This document shows, one piece after another, positions 1 to 14,757 of a DNA stretch of 64,000 nucleotides (positions are counted from its first letter, which is position 1; each line of letters begins with the position of its first letter). The notes under the pieces were generated by a model. That model saw nothing but the letters and a program-made list of their open reading frames with translations. It made no database searches and was not told the origin of the DNA. The stretch covers positions 310,001 through 374,000 of the forward strand of contig NW_026250420.1 of the NCBI RefSeq assembly GCF_024521635.1. Direction: 5' to 3'. A program made the translations under genes and the position numbers. Source of the DNA: Tricharina praecox (lineage: Eukaryota).

Positions 1-276
1 CAACCAAACTCCCACCTCGAGTGATGATGAGGAGAAGAGACATCGTTCTTCGACCTACGAGCAGTCTTTGTCAGCCCGCAGCCCTGCACTAACCGGTAAA
101 AGCGAAGCCTGCAAACTCCGATCAAACGTTCGCGGCGGTCTCGCGTCGGTCACCACTAGCAATCCGGACGTCGGCCGATGGTTCTGCTAGGCATCGAGGA
201 AACCGCGAATATGTGTAGGAAGAGCATCGATCGTCATTAGCCGACAAACATACCTCCGAATCCCCCTACCATCCCA

Positions 277-778
277 TCACTCATCCCACAGTCCCTCCTG
301 CGCCTGTTTACTCACAACGCCCATCAAGAACTCCCCCGTACCCCTCGTCCGAAACCCCACGCTCCTCCCATCCCTCGAGCCAACATACCCGCCCACGGCG
401 GCCTGGAACTTCTTCGCGTTCTCCCGCGGAACTCGCAGCCACGCTTCGTCGCCCGAGAGGTGCAGTATGTCGATTTGTATCGCGGACCCGGTGATGCCCA
501 GGAACTGTGTTAGCGCGCTGGTGAGGGTTGTGCGCCAGGTCAGGATGTCAGTGGAGGAGGAGGAGGTGGTGGTGTTGGAAGGGTCGGAAAGGCTGTGAAG
601 TGTTAGTCGGGTGCGAACCCGGGCGGGGAAAGCGGAGAGGGCAGGCGGACATTTGCAGGTTGAGGTAGGTCCAGTCGTGCTCGCGGATGGTCACTTCTTC
701 GGGTGGTGGGGGCTTCCGACGCTTCGCGGGCTGTTCGGCCGGAGGAGGGGCGTCGTGCATAGGCGCGTCTACGGACAT
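277..778 (-). CDS. POP8: RNase P/MRP subunit Pop8 (2 exons: 778-651, 592-277; 147 aa)
   Basis: ATG at 778. Intron 650-593 has GT donor, CTAAC branch and CAG acceptor. Spliced protein MSVDAPMH...WTYLNLQI...DILTWRTTLTSALTQFLGITGSAIQIDIL...WLRVPRENAKKFQAAVGGY...GEFLMGVV...* matches the fungal Pop8 pattern (AL.QFLG.TG.AI.IDIL, W.RVP) as I recall it. Confidence 0.8.
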
Positions 779-1449
779 CGCGGCGGGTTCGGACGTGCGG
801 GAAGCGGGCGGACGGGCGGGCTGGTGGTGGATTGAGGATAATGGCTCAACGAGCGCGGCTCCGACACTTTGCTTGAACTTTGGCGTCCCTACGACAGTCT
901 TGAGATGCAGCATCACGTGCGAGGCTTGGCCGATGCGGCTGAAAATATGCGACAACTCTGCCCAACGAGTTGGAATTGCGGCTGGCAGGAAATAGCCAGC
1001 AAGAGGAGCACTCGAGATGATGTCAAATATCGAGACGCAGCCATATACGGAAGGTGAAGACACAAATTCGGTGCAGGTGGGCCAGATAGGGTCGATCGAT
1101 AGAAATGATAGAACACCACCTTTTTTTCGCCGCCCGGATGCCTGACAGGCTTGCACGCACTGGCGCTGGCGGGGAAATCTCAGAGCCCCTCCGCGAGCAA
1201 CAACGCCAAATTTTCCCACACTTTTTTTTCTTCCTTAAAACGTCTCAACTCCCGCCTTTCGAACATCACTTCCCTCCAACCCCGAACCAAAGCTTCCTCG
1301 TCTCCTCTCCATTCACTTCTCTGTTTCTCCCGAGTCGTGCGTTCTGTGCTCCATCTTTTGCAGGACAATTGTTCAGCACATCGACTACACTCTCTTCCTA
1401 CCTAATCCTCTAATCCTCTCCCCCCCACCCCCACCACCACCACATCACG

Positions 1450-2898
<1,449 letters not shown>

Positions 2899-3363
2899 AG
2901 AAAACATTGGGGCATTGGGGGTTTTAGTTCGGGCGCTTCCTTCCTTCATTTCTTGTTGACTTAAATACTGGAGTTAGTTGCCTGGATCTGGATTGTTATT
3001 TCTTATTTGCACTTGCCTCTGTTCTGTTTTCGTTCTGTTTTCTTGGCTTGATTTACGATGAATTGTTTGGATGGGCCGCGGAAAACTCGTACCTTTTTTT
3101 TCTACATCTTTTCATATGGGTTTTGGTTGCGTGCGTGTAAGATAGACTTCTTCTTTGCTTGTTTCAAAACCTGAGGGAAAGGGCAATGGATGCGCGGTGT
3201 GATGCGCAAGTTAGTCGCTGTTTCATATGTTGCTCGTTTCGTTCGGCCGAATGCTCAAGTGATGATCTCGAATCGACAGCAATGTCTTCCAATTATGCCT
3301 ACACACTACACAACGCCTTGTCTTGGTATCCCCAAGTCTATAGACATGGCATCACCGCCTCGT

Positions 3364-4008
3364 CTACCTGACCTTCTTCTGCCCCGCCATCTTCGCCGCC
3401 GCGCTCACCGTCTTCTGGATGCGGCAGAACATATCTCCCGCCATGATCGCAACTGCATCCGTATTAGCCTCGCACCCCCACCCCCCATTCATAGTGTAAC
3501 TCACAAATCAATCCATAAGATCCATACATCCCCCCGAGCATGTACTTCTGCTGCAGCGTCATCAGGGTGCTATGATAAAACTCCCAGCAGCAAGTAGCGG
3601 TAGTAAACGCCGCCAGCGTCGCCCACACGAGCATGTGCGCCGGCGCGCTGGGGGCGCGCTTCCCCAGCGCCCACGCCAGGTACGCGGCTACCGGGAGCTG
3701 GTAGAAGAGCTCGGCGAGACTGAAGAATTTGAACCATGGAGGTTGCAGGCGGACGAGGGGGTCGTTGAAGGTTGTGAGGTACCACGTGTGCGTGGAGGAT
3801 AAAGAGGACGGGATCAGGGAGGGGGGGTAGAGGGGGAGGGAATCGAATACTACACGGGGGTCAGCTGGGGGGAAGGGGGGAGCGGCGGGGGATGGGTAGG
3901 AGGGAGCGGGGATGAGGGGGCCGCACGGATTATCGTCGGGATGTACGACAGCAGGAAGAGCGTGTAGTAGCTATCGCGCGGGCGGTGGAGGGGCGGGAGT
4001 GCGGACAT
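3364..4008 (-). CDS. EXPERA/TMEM97 (sigma-2 receptor, Ema19-like) ER membrane protein (exons 4008-3927, 3849-3505, 3452-3364)
   Basis: Spliced: MSALPPLHRPRDSYYTLFLLSYIPTIILFDSLPLYP...WYLTTFNDPLVRLQPPWFKFFSLAELFYQLP...GMYGSYGLIFAIMAGDMFCRI...KKVR*. The D..PLYP, Y...F.DP, P.WF..F...E...QLP signature, four hydrophobic segments and a C-terminal dilysine-like KKxx are present. Missed by the ORF track. Confidence 0.85.
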
Positions 4009-5525
4009 GGCTGGCTGGCTGGCTGGCGAGCGGGCGGGCGTGATTGCGGGCGTGAGAGGTTGAGTGCGGGATTGAGGGATTGAGTGCGGAGTGCGGCGTG
4101 GTTGATTGATAGGTAGGTGCGCTGTGTACTGTATCCACTGTAGACCCCCGGGGGGCTTGTTGATACTTGTACTCTACTTTTTTCCCCAGGCATCAGGGTC
4201 CGGCGGCGCTAACGCGACCCTCACCGGACGGCGTTCACCGGTGCCTATACACCGGGCTCTGGGCACTGGGTAGACGTGTTCCAACTTCCTCAACTCTCCT
4301 CACCGAGTCCGAAACTACCGTATGTACTGCATATATGTAGAGTACAAACGGTGCGTGGCGTTCGTGGCGCTGAGCTGACGTGCAGCACCGAGGCCGCAGG
4401 AACGGAACGAAACAAAGAGCGTGGCCCACAGGTTTATATAGGAGGCGCGAGCGCGGGAGGTACGGTATCCATGTAGAGTAGATATGTCGGCGCCGGGCGG
4501 CGATGCACAATGCACACCTTCATGCTGAATCACACGCTCCTCCCTGTCTGTCCGCGCAGTGTCCAGTATCCACCATCCTGTCCCCCACCCCTCCTCCCTC
4601 TCACCCCTCCCCCTCCCCCCACCCCCAGCACCAGCCGTTGTCTCTTCTTCAGCTGCTGCTGGGTGCACCCTCGCACCCTCGCACCCTCGTACCCTCGTAA
4701 CTACATGCCTCGTACCCTATACTTCGGAGGTCGCGATTCGTCGAGAAGCCGGAGAACGTGCTAGGTATAACTATACCTACCTAGGTAATCATGAGATAAC
4801 TAGGAAAAGGCTTGCCATTTCAGCCATTGACTGGCTTCACCAAGATACACTCGGCTCACGGCTATGGCTACGGTAGATAAGACCTTGGACAACTACATGC
4901 CCCACCCAACCCATCGCGAATCGCGAATCGCAGTCGGAAATTCGGAATTCCTCCCCTCGAATCGGACGTGTGCTTTTGCTTGCTTACTCCCGTGCTTCTA
5001 GAGCACCTACATACACGTGTGAGACCTTCAGGCTTCGGCGAATGGCCGAGCACATCTGCAAGCCAGCCGTACGCAAGCCAGCCGTAAGCAAGCCAGCCGA
5101 AAAGAAAAGAAAGCAAGAAAACAAAGAAACATCACCAACCGCCATTCACAACCCAGGTTCCGTTTTGCAAACTGATCGGATTCGAGCTGAGATCTGCCAT
5201 GCCAGCCAGCCAGCCGGCCTCCAGGCCGCGTTGGCATATCTATACTATACTACCTATACTACGGTATACCTATAGGTGCGCCCTGTGGTATGGATAACAT
5301 GAGATACCAGGTAAGTGCCGGGTACATGATACATGATACATGATACGACCGACAGACCAAAGGACCGACCAACAATCATTTTTTGGCTGGACCCTGGGGA
5401 GAGGATTATTATGGGACTATGATATTGGGTAGGTATATCCTCCAGCCCGTCCCATCCGTCCCGTCTCGTCCGTCTCGTCCCTTCCGCCATGAACTCCAGC
5501 GAGTTCATCACAGAAGACGAAGAAG

Positions 5526-7245
5526 ATGCCATTCCTAACCTCCCCCGCCTGTGTCGCTGCCCCGCCATCACCCCCGCACTCTTACTCCAGCCGCCTTAGC
5601 CGCTCCTTCAGCTTCAGTCTCAAGATCAGCTTCACGCTCAAGCCCAAGTCAGCGGCATCCTCACGGCCAGCAACGGCGGCGGGGGTGGCGGGGGTGGTGG
5701 TAGTGCAGCCCGCTATTCCCACCGCCGTGCTGTCCATAATCGCCGGGCACCTTAGGAACAGCCACGCGTGCGAGACCTGCTATCTGCGAGACCTGGCGGC
5801 CGCGGCGGCGACGTGTAGAGGCTGGCGGGACGGGCTGGTTCCGGTCATGTCCGTATCTCTATCCGCACTATCAACTAGTAGTTACCTATGGGTGTTAACG
5901 GCCGTAAAGATACCGCGACATCGTCGTCGCCGCCTCCGCGGCCCCCTCGCCCTCTAGCTCCCCGCCCAAGCGCAAGAGCCGTAAACCCGGCACCCTCGGC
6001 ACCCCCTTGCCCTCACAACTAAACCTCCTGCACCGCACACTAAGAGCGCGGCGCGACCTCGCAGGGCTGGTACAATCCCTCACGCTGCCCCCACATGCGC
6101 GGGAGAGCGACATCGCGGGGCTCATCATGCTGTGCCCGAACCTGCGACGGCTGGGGAGCCCCTCGCCCTCATTCGCGCTTGGCCGCTCGAGTCTCGTGCA
6201 CGCGGCGCTCGCCACACAGACGGGCATGGAAGAGCAGCTGTGGTACATCACTGACACTTTGGGCGGCGGTGGCGGGCCAACCGAGCACTGGAGCGCCCTG
6301 CGCTCGCTCGTGCTGCTCGGCCGTAACCCGTGGGGCTTTGACGCGCGCGTGCTCCCGCCGCTCGCGCCGGTGCTCGCGAATATGCCCGCCCTGAGGAAAC
6401 TCATGGTCGCGGAGTTCAGCACGTTCGCGTTTACGGACGAGTCGCTGCTGTGTCTGCCGCCGGGGCTGACGCACCTGCGCCTCTCGCACCTCGCGGGGGT
6501 GACCGACAACGGCCTGACCGCCTGCCCCCTCCCACCAAGCCTCATCTCCCTATCACTGACTGAACTCCCCCTCACAAGCTTGCACACGGTCGCCGCACTC
6601 CTCGCGAGCCTCCCGCACCTCCGCCGCTTCTCGCTAAACCAGGCCGCACTACCGCACTCCTCCCCCAGCCCCACCCCCCCATGTTCCTCCCGCAGCCCCT
6701 CCCCCCACTCCTCGCCCACAAGCAAACCCTTAGTCCTAGCATCAGACTCACTCCAGCACGTCCACTGGACTGTCCCAACACTACACCCGAACCACGAGTC
6801 AGCAACGGAAGTGCTGGCGCGGAGCATCCGCGCCGGAGGGTTCCCCGCGCTGAGGTGGCTACACGCTCCGTGCGATGATGGTAGCCTCAGGGCGGCCTGT
6901 GCGGCGGCGGCGGTGGAGGATGTGCATGTGGATTGGATGGGGTGGAGGGGGAGTAGGGGGCTTTGGTGCGGGGGCGGGGTGGGTAGGGGCGAGGGCGGAA
7001 GAGCGGAAGGGGAAGGGGAAGGGTGGGTCGGCGGGAGGGTTAGGTTCGTTAAGGGTGGGGAGGGGGCGGTGGGCGTGGAGGATGTGTTGAGGGGTGCGGG
7101 GGGAGAGGCGGAGGCGGAGGTGTGTGATGGCGACGGTAGGGAGCGGGGAAGGGAGCGGGGAAGGGAACGGGGACCTGGGAGGGGAAGGGGACATGTTAGG
7201 ATGAGGGGTGGGAGGGGGGGCGGGCTGGAGGCACTGTTTACTTAA
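5526..7245 (+). CDS. F-box-like / leucine-rich-repeat protein (exons 5526-5848, 5910-7245)
   Basis: F-box-like segment IPTAVLSIIAGHL...CETCYLRDL...CRGW is spliced through intron 5849-5909 into the 6007-7245 ORF, which has LRR-type repeats (CPNLRRL, PALRKLMV, LTHLRLSHLAGVTD, LPHLRRFSL, FPALRWL). Confidence 0.7.
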
Positions 7246-8735
7246 AAGTCGTTGGTTCATTAGAGAGAGTGTGTGAGTGAGCGGGCGTGAATAGTACTTG
7301 GCTGGTCCCATTGCTACTTGGGTGCGGCTATTGTACGTGGGAGTTACGTTGGAGTATAAGCGTGCGTGCAGAGCAAGCCGTAACTATACCGTGTGTGGCG
7401 TCGCAGCAAGGAGGCCAGCAAGCCGGGCCACGGAAAAATATCCAGAAAGCTTGCCCATCACCAGCACCGGCCGGGAATTAATAATTAGCCAGTGATAACT
7501 AGTGATCACCGCACGAGCACTTCGCAGATCCCAGATCCAGCGTGACCCAACGCGGCCCAGTCCAACCCAACTCGGCCCAACTCGGCCCAGCTCATCCTAC
7601 TATAACCTAACCCATCCAACCTTACCCACCCACACTGAACAATAGAGTCCAAACAAACGTTACGCGCGCGCTTACTCGGCACCGGAGATTCGTATCATAG
7701 CGTCAGTTCAAAGCGTATCGTAGCGTAAGTTCATAGCGCAGCGTACCGAAGCGCATTCTATCGTGGCGAGGGTAGCGCAAGTTCATAGCGTAGCGCAGAC
7801 AGCGTGGAGAGCGTGGAGGACAACCGACAACCGCCATAGCCCTAGTTACATCCGGGCGCCTTCTTCCACACATTCCAAGCCGCTTTACCCATTCCAAGCC
7901 GCTTCACACATTCCAAGCCGCTTCACCCCCGCCGCCTCTGCCACCACCGCCATCGACGCCACTGGATCACGTGGCGCGAGAGGATCACAGGAAGCTTTCT
8001 CCCCCCGGTGAGCTTGGAAATCTCCACCGAGTATCACTCACCACACTCACTCACTCGCAAATGAACCAAAAATTCTCCACAAGCAATCTCCATAATCTCC
8101 ATATCATACTTCCGCACTCTCCCCGCACTCTCACTCTCCGCACATCCGCACTCTCCCCCCTCCCCTTCCGCAGTCTCTCACTCTCATCTTCACTCTCTCC
8201 ACACCCCATATCACTCTCCACACTCACTCTCCCCCGCCATATCACTATCGTATACCAAGTTCCCACATTCATCTCTCGCCTTCTCTCCACTTCTCCGCTT
8301 CTCCTCGATTCTCCTCGATTCGATACATAAGAAAAAGTAGGTAGTAAAGTAGGTAATAAAGAAAAAAAACGCTGTTCAACAGAAAGAAAGAAAGAAAAAA
8401 GATGAAAAATACCAAAGAGATAGATAGAAAAAGATCCTGGTAAATATCCCCTTCTCCCCGTCGCCCCCCCCCCCCCCCCCCCCCGGTCACCTCCCGGTCA
8501 CCTCCCTCCCTCCTTTCCTGCGGACAAAAAGCCAAAAGACAAAATGACAATACAAAAGAAACAAAAGAAACCCACCTCAATGCAGCAGTAGTATGTCGAG
8601 CCCCTTCTAGTTAATCCCAATACCATCGATACCAAATTTCATTCCGCTCGAAGCAAAGAACTCGAAGCAAAGAACTCGCAGCAAAGCACACAAAACAAAA
8701 CAAAATAAACGCTCTCAAGTAAGTAATTTATTAGT

Positions 8736-11634
8736 CTACACAGGGGTGCTGGCCACGCGCACGCCATATCCCGCGGCTACATCGAAATCTAGCTCTTCGG
8801 TGGGCGTGAAGCTCTCCTTGGCGTCCTCGAAGCTGAGGATTTCGGTCGCGGGTGTAGCGGCGCCCGCTCGCAGCGGCGGACTTTCTTCCCACTCGTTTCT
8901 CGAGTGGCCGTTTCCCGAGTGGCCGTTTCCGTTTCCGTTGGTATGGTGTCCGTTCCCGTTCCCGTTTCCGTTCTCCATGCGTTTCCCCGATTCGTCCGCA
9001 AAGTTGTCCTTGCGTGCAGTGGCCGGTCTCGGGGTACCGGCCTCGTTTCTGTCGTGTTCGCTGACGGGTTCCAGCGGGACCGACGTCGCGCCGGAGCTGA
9101 GTCGTTCCCGCTCGTCGCAGAGGAGCGCCAAGTACTCCTCTGGTGGTATGATGACGCCGGAGGCTCGCGAGCTCCGGATTTCGATTCCGCCGCTGCCGCC
9201 ACTGCCGCCGCCGCTGTCGCCACGCTCTAACTCTACGCCGCCTAGGCTGCTGACACTGTAGACTACGGGATTGGGCATCCTCTCCCCGTCACCAATGCTG
9301 GAGAAATCAGACTCGCTAGGCGCCGCTATGATAACTTGCGTGCCGGGCGAGAGAGGTTCGTCGTCGAATGGGGGGGCAACCACGTATCCGCTACCCTGAT
9401 GGTTCAGCGACGGCAGGAAAACGGGGTTTGCACCATGATGCGAAGCCGAATTCAACGATTCCAGGGCCTTGGTAAAGAAAGAAAAGTCAGCTAATCCGGT
9501 TCGACAGACTTTGAAGGAAAAATGGTTCTACCTCTCCATTGAGCACTGTGCGCTGCTTGCTCTTCTCCGAGCCCGCCACTTCGGGGAAATACCCATTCGC
9601 CTGGTTCCAGCTGGTGATACCGGGTAGCGGTCTCCCATCACGACGCGAAGACTCGACGATATGCGGCGCCTCATCGATCCTCTCAGGGAAGAGACCGATG
9701 ATATCCTTTGCCGAAGGGCGTCCCTGCGGTTTGTCGCAGAGACACGCCTCAACGATCTCGCGGAAATACGTGGGGATATCCTCCGGAGCCTGATCCATGG
9801 TCAACGGGCGGGACATGGATTCCGGCTCGTCCATCTCGTGTGCCATTCCCCAGAGTACCATCCCGAGCTGAAACACGTCCGACTTGACGCCGATGTACAT
9901 TCCGATGCGTTGCAAGCCTTCGATCATGGCCGTGATCTCGGGGGGCTCCCAGCCCACGGGACAGCCTCTTCGGTTGATGTCGATGATCTTCGCGTTATCG
10001 TGCTCGTCGATTACGATGTTCGATAGCGTAAAGTCGCCCTGCACGTATCCGGCCTCGTGGATCTCCGACAGACCGGAAACGATCTGCTTCGCCCACTTCT
10101 CGCGTCGCGCCCAGGGGAGCTTTCCACGCTGGTGGAACAGGATATCGATTAGCGCACCTTGCGATGCAAAGCTGATGAGCAGCCCCTTCACCTTCTGCCG
10201 TGCGTCGTCCACCACGCACCCACCGAACTGGATAACGTTGTCCGAGTCCGCAAGCGCGTAGAGCGCATTGATCTCGTAGAGGAACTCATCCACCGTATCC
10301 GGGCCGGGGATCTCCTTCTTGATCATGATGTCGCCCCCGACTCCAACCTTGTAGACGAAGCCGGAAAGGTGCGAATCGAATTCCAATTCGGATTCCCGGT
10401 ACTTGGGACACCGCAGATGCGCGATCGCATTCATCGGCGGGTACGGAATGATCTCGTTGACATCCTCGGTCACGTGAACGTGTAACCGTCCCTCGCTCGT
10501 CTGCAGCTTCAGATTCGTGATGGTGTCGTAGAACATGATATCTTGCAGCGATTCCCGGATCGACTCGTAGATCTTGGCGCTCTTGTCGCGCTGAAACCTC
10601 AGGCTCGACAGATCCTTCTCCAGTGTCCCCTCCTCCGCGTTCCGGTAATCGCACGAGATCGTGAGACGACGTCGGATGTTCCTTTCCTGCGCGTACGTGA
10701 CGAAGAACTTTTCCCGGTTCGATTCGTCGCGGAAATGCATGCTGAGATTGAGAATCCAGCGCCATTCCATCTCCTCCTCGACCTCCTTGCTCACCAACGG
10801 CGATTCCTTATCCTCCTTCGGAGCCCAACTGTCCGAATCCGTATCGCTCAGTCCCTCCTCCGAGGCCGAGATGATCTGCGGCTCCGATTCCCGGGGGTCG
10901 CTCAAAGGAGCAATCTTGGGCGAAACCGCCGATTCCCCCCCACCGGGCAGCGCCGGCGTAGTGTCCTCCGCTTTCACCTTGCTGTCCAGCTCCAGCGCTT
11001 TAGCCTCCTCCGGCTGCACCTCCTTCTTCGACTCCTTCTCCTTGTCCACGAGCACCAGCTCCTCGTCATCATCATCGTCATCCTCCACATCCAACATGCT
11101 CCGGATGGGCTCGCTCTTCCGTCTGGTGCCTTCCTCCTCGTTCTGCTCGCCAAGCGACGCTATCGACTGCGACTGTATGGGCTGCAGACTCCTCGACGAT
11201 GTCCGTCCGCTCTTATTCGTCGCCGGTGGCCCGGTCCTCGCGCGCCGCTCGTGATTGGGCGGTTCGTACGGCTTCAATCGCTCTCGCTTCTCGCTCTGGA
11301 TGCGCTGCAGTGTCGGCTTCCTTGGGAGCCCCGGTACCACATCGCGCCGTCCGCCTCGTTTCGGATTTCCCGCCGCCGCCGTTGTCGTCGCAGCATCGGC
11401 AGGTTGCGCAGTTTCCGCAGTCGTCGTGGGCTCGGCGGTTGGCGCTATCGCCGGTGGTGTTGGTTGGGGAGCGGGTGCTGTAGCAGCGCTCTTGTCCCGA
11501 TGGTATAGGTTGAACTTCTTGCGCAGGCGGGAGACGAGGCCTTTCCGCTTCGTTGTGGTCGCCGCTGCACCATTAGTCGTTCCATCAGTTGCGGCAGAAG
11601 TTTCCTGCTGCGGTTTTGAGTGCGCCATCCCCAT
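8736..11634 (-). CDS. Fungal protein kinase-domain protein with non-canonical motifs (exons 11634-9532, 9467-8736)
   Basis: Phase-0 intron 9531-9468 joins two long ORFs. Kinase fold: VYKV, IKKE, FLYEINAL, VQGDFTLSNIV, KIIDIN, WEPPE, KSDVFQLGMVLW, CL..P.GRPSA. I chose MGMAHSK at 11634 as the start; an alternative in-frame ATG is at 11646. Confidence 0.88.
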
Positions 11635-12464
11635 GCAGAGGTTCATCAAACACTGCTGTCGTCGTTGTCGTCGGGTGAGGGTTGGGGATTGCCGCTATCG
11701 TGCTCGCATGCAACGACGGACAGCAGTGGGAATGTCGGGATTGTTGTTTCACAGAAGACGAAAATTTGGTTTTGATTTCGGTTTTGGGTTTTGATTTCTG
11801 GTCGGCGAGGGAGGGGGAAGCAACCCTGAAGATCAACGGGCTGCAGCTGGTTGAATGGGCCGAGTGTTCAGGCGCACAACCAATGCGAGTTGGTCGCAAT
11901 GGATGTTACTTTCGTTTCCTCCCGTTCGGTGCTTTGGGATTGGGTGTAGATTTTGTGTCTCTGGCGCAGCGGAGGGGGAGGAGGAGAAGGAGGACGAGGA
12001 GGAGGAGGATTCGCGGTGGTTGGTCTGATTCGGGGAAAGCAAGTGGAGGAGGTGTTGTGGTACGATGAGGTGTATGGGTTGCTGCTGAGCTGTTTGTTTT
12101 ATGAATTGGCCAGCCAGCGAGACCAAGATGGGTACTTAGATCCCCAAATGTTTTGCCGGGGGACCACACTTATCAAGCAAGCAAGCAGGCAGGTAAGCAA
12201 GCAAGTAAGCAAGCAAGATCTGAGTGAGTTCGTGGAGTCCGTGTGTGTTTGTGTGTGTGTGTTTTCTCTTTCCTGCTATCCTCGGTCTGCAATGTTTCGT
12301 TTCGGCAGAGGCCGGGGAGAGTGAGTAAGTGCTTTGTTTGAGCTTGAACAACACAGATTAAACGTGAGATTGGGTGGGATGGTATGAGGAAGGCAGGTAA
12401 GGTAATGTAAGTGAGGAGAGGGAGTGTGTGTGTGTGAGAGTGTGGTGTGAGAGCGTGAGAGAGA

Positions 12465-12503
<39 letters not shown>

Positions 12504-14757
12504 CGTGAGAGTGTGTGTGGTATGTATGATGTGTTCACGGGAAATATTTCTTTACTTCGCCGCAGCAACAGCAAGCAAGCAAGCAACACCGGCAGAATGT
12601 GCTGCTTGGGTTGTATGCTTTGGAAATTTTAGGTGTGCTTTGCTTTTTATGGGAGATGGGCCAGGGTATGGGGTATTGGGGGGGGGGGGGGGGTGGTGGT
12701 TGTTGTTTTCTCTCGTCTTCCCCCGGCAGCTTTCTTGTCTATCAGGGATTGTGAAAGCGGTGATGGTGGGTGCTGGTGGTGCTGGTGCTGGTGCCGGCGC
12801 TGGGGGTAGCTCCCTTCTAGGAGGGGGGTGGGAGGAGGAGCTGGACGGGGAGGAAAAACTCAGGACGAGGAGGACGAGAAGGAGGAGGATGTGGAGGAGG
12901 AGGACGGGGGAGGGAGGGATTGTGAGTTAATCGCGCGCTTGACAAGGAACTGAATATATGCGGGTGATTACGCTACGGATGGGCTATGATGAAATACGGA
13001 TCGGTGGGCTCGCTCTCGGACGTGAGACGTACCAGCAGAAGGGGGTATAGCACCTCGTGGCAGCAGCAGCTACGATGGTAGTCAGAGCAGTCGTATGTAG
13101 GCAGTAGTCAGTTGGCGTAGTGTCGAGACGGCAGTCGGTGGTGTCGGTTAGAAGGAGAAGACGAAGAGAAGAGCAAGACGATGAGGACTCTGCAGCGAAT
13201 TCGACGAGATGAGGGCGGTCGAGATGAGAGGGACCAGAGACGCGCGAACTCGGACGGCAAGAAAGGAGACGACGGATGTAGCAGATAGAGCGGCGCGGGG
13301 CAGCAGTGAGGAATTTAGTTTATAGGGTAGTAGGGGTTGGGTCGGGGGAGCTTAGGCAGGGCCGGAAGACGGTCTGTATGATGATACTTCTGGTCGAGAG
13401 CGATCGGAGAACAACAGCAACTGGTCGGCCAGCGAACACACGTATGAGGTAAGTATTTGAGATTGAGCGAAGTGGGAGGGCGCGAGAGAGCGTGAGAGAG
13501 TGACAGCTGGCAAACAACCAAGAATCCCCTAGCAGATGGAGGTGGTGATGATGATGACGAAGCGATGGAGGGTGGGGAGACGGGGAGAAAAAGAAAAACA
13601 ACACAGCAACAACACGCAACTAAGTAAATAGTTGCTCGAGTAGGTAAGCACCTATCTACTGGCAGTGATGATAACAATCACGACCGGAGACCGAAAGAAC
13701 GACAGAAGGTGGAATTAAAAGACGAAGGAGGAGGAGGAGGAGGAGGAGGAGGAGGAGGATAAACGGAGGAAGGAGAACAGAGGGCAGGAAGATCAGAAGA
13801 GCAGACCGTTTGCGAGAGGAATTGGACGAATATAATAGGCGTCAAAGATATAATGGCGTATATGGTGACATCGGACTCTTAAACAAACGTTCCATTGTAC
13901 GGGGGCTCTGAGCAAGGATGGGGGACGAACAAACGGTGGGTCAGAGGAAGCCTGGGGGGATCACCATAATCATCATCATCATCATCGCCAGCAGTAAGTA
14001 CCGTACTTTTAGTGATACTCCAGTGTCTAGAGTGCCGTATCAGCACAGCAGCAGCACAGCAGCAGGCAGAAAACCCCACGTCTACGACTGGACGGGCGCG
14101 GATGGGAGGGCAAGGCGAGGGGGAGGGGAGGGAGGGACGAGTCTCGTCTCATTGCAGGAGAGTCAGCGGCGGCAGAAGCGATCAGGGATCCTCAGCAGCA
14201 GCAGCAGTAGCAGCGGCCGCCGATCAATCCATCAATCCGTCAATCAGATGGGCGGGCGAGGAAATAAGTTAATCAAACGAGCCGATTGTTGGAGGGAGGG
14301 CTCCGGAGGCACCTGCACCCAGTTAAGAGCCACGGGGCAGACCGAGCTCCCTTCCTGGGAATTGATAAGTGAGCGAGCGAGCGGCGGCGGCGGCGGCGGT
14401 GGCGGCGGTGGCGGCGGCGGTAGTGGTGATGGAATCGGGGGCTCAGCACTTATCTAATGTCGAGTATGGGACTACACGACGCGGGCCTGGTGCAGACCGG
14501 CGGGCGGGCAGGCAGGCAGGCACGCAGGCAGGAAGGGAGGAAGGAAGAAGGAGCTGACGATAAAGTGTTCTGTGCGGCCACACGACAGAAGCGGCATCTC
14601 GTACTTTACGGCCAAGTGGAAGCAGGCATCAGTGGGAGTGCATCCATCGTATGCAGATGACCAGAGAAAAAAGCCAGGCTTGGTGGGAGCGGACGGCACA
14701 GCTAGTATGTAGCAAGGCCAGACCAGTGGAGAGTGGATGGATGGTATGGCAAGGCGA

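Noticed and set aside
548..1219. 223-aa ORF as a gene in its own right
   Set aside because: Only 778-651 is coding (POP8 exon 1); the rest is promoter sequence and intron read-through.
5895..6827. 310-aa antisense ORF over the F-box/LRR gene
   Set aside because: Shadow ORF of GC-rich coding sequence with no protein-like motifs.
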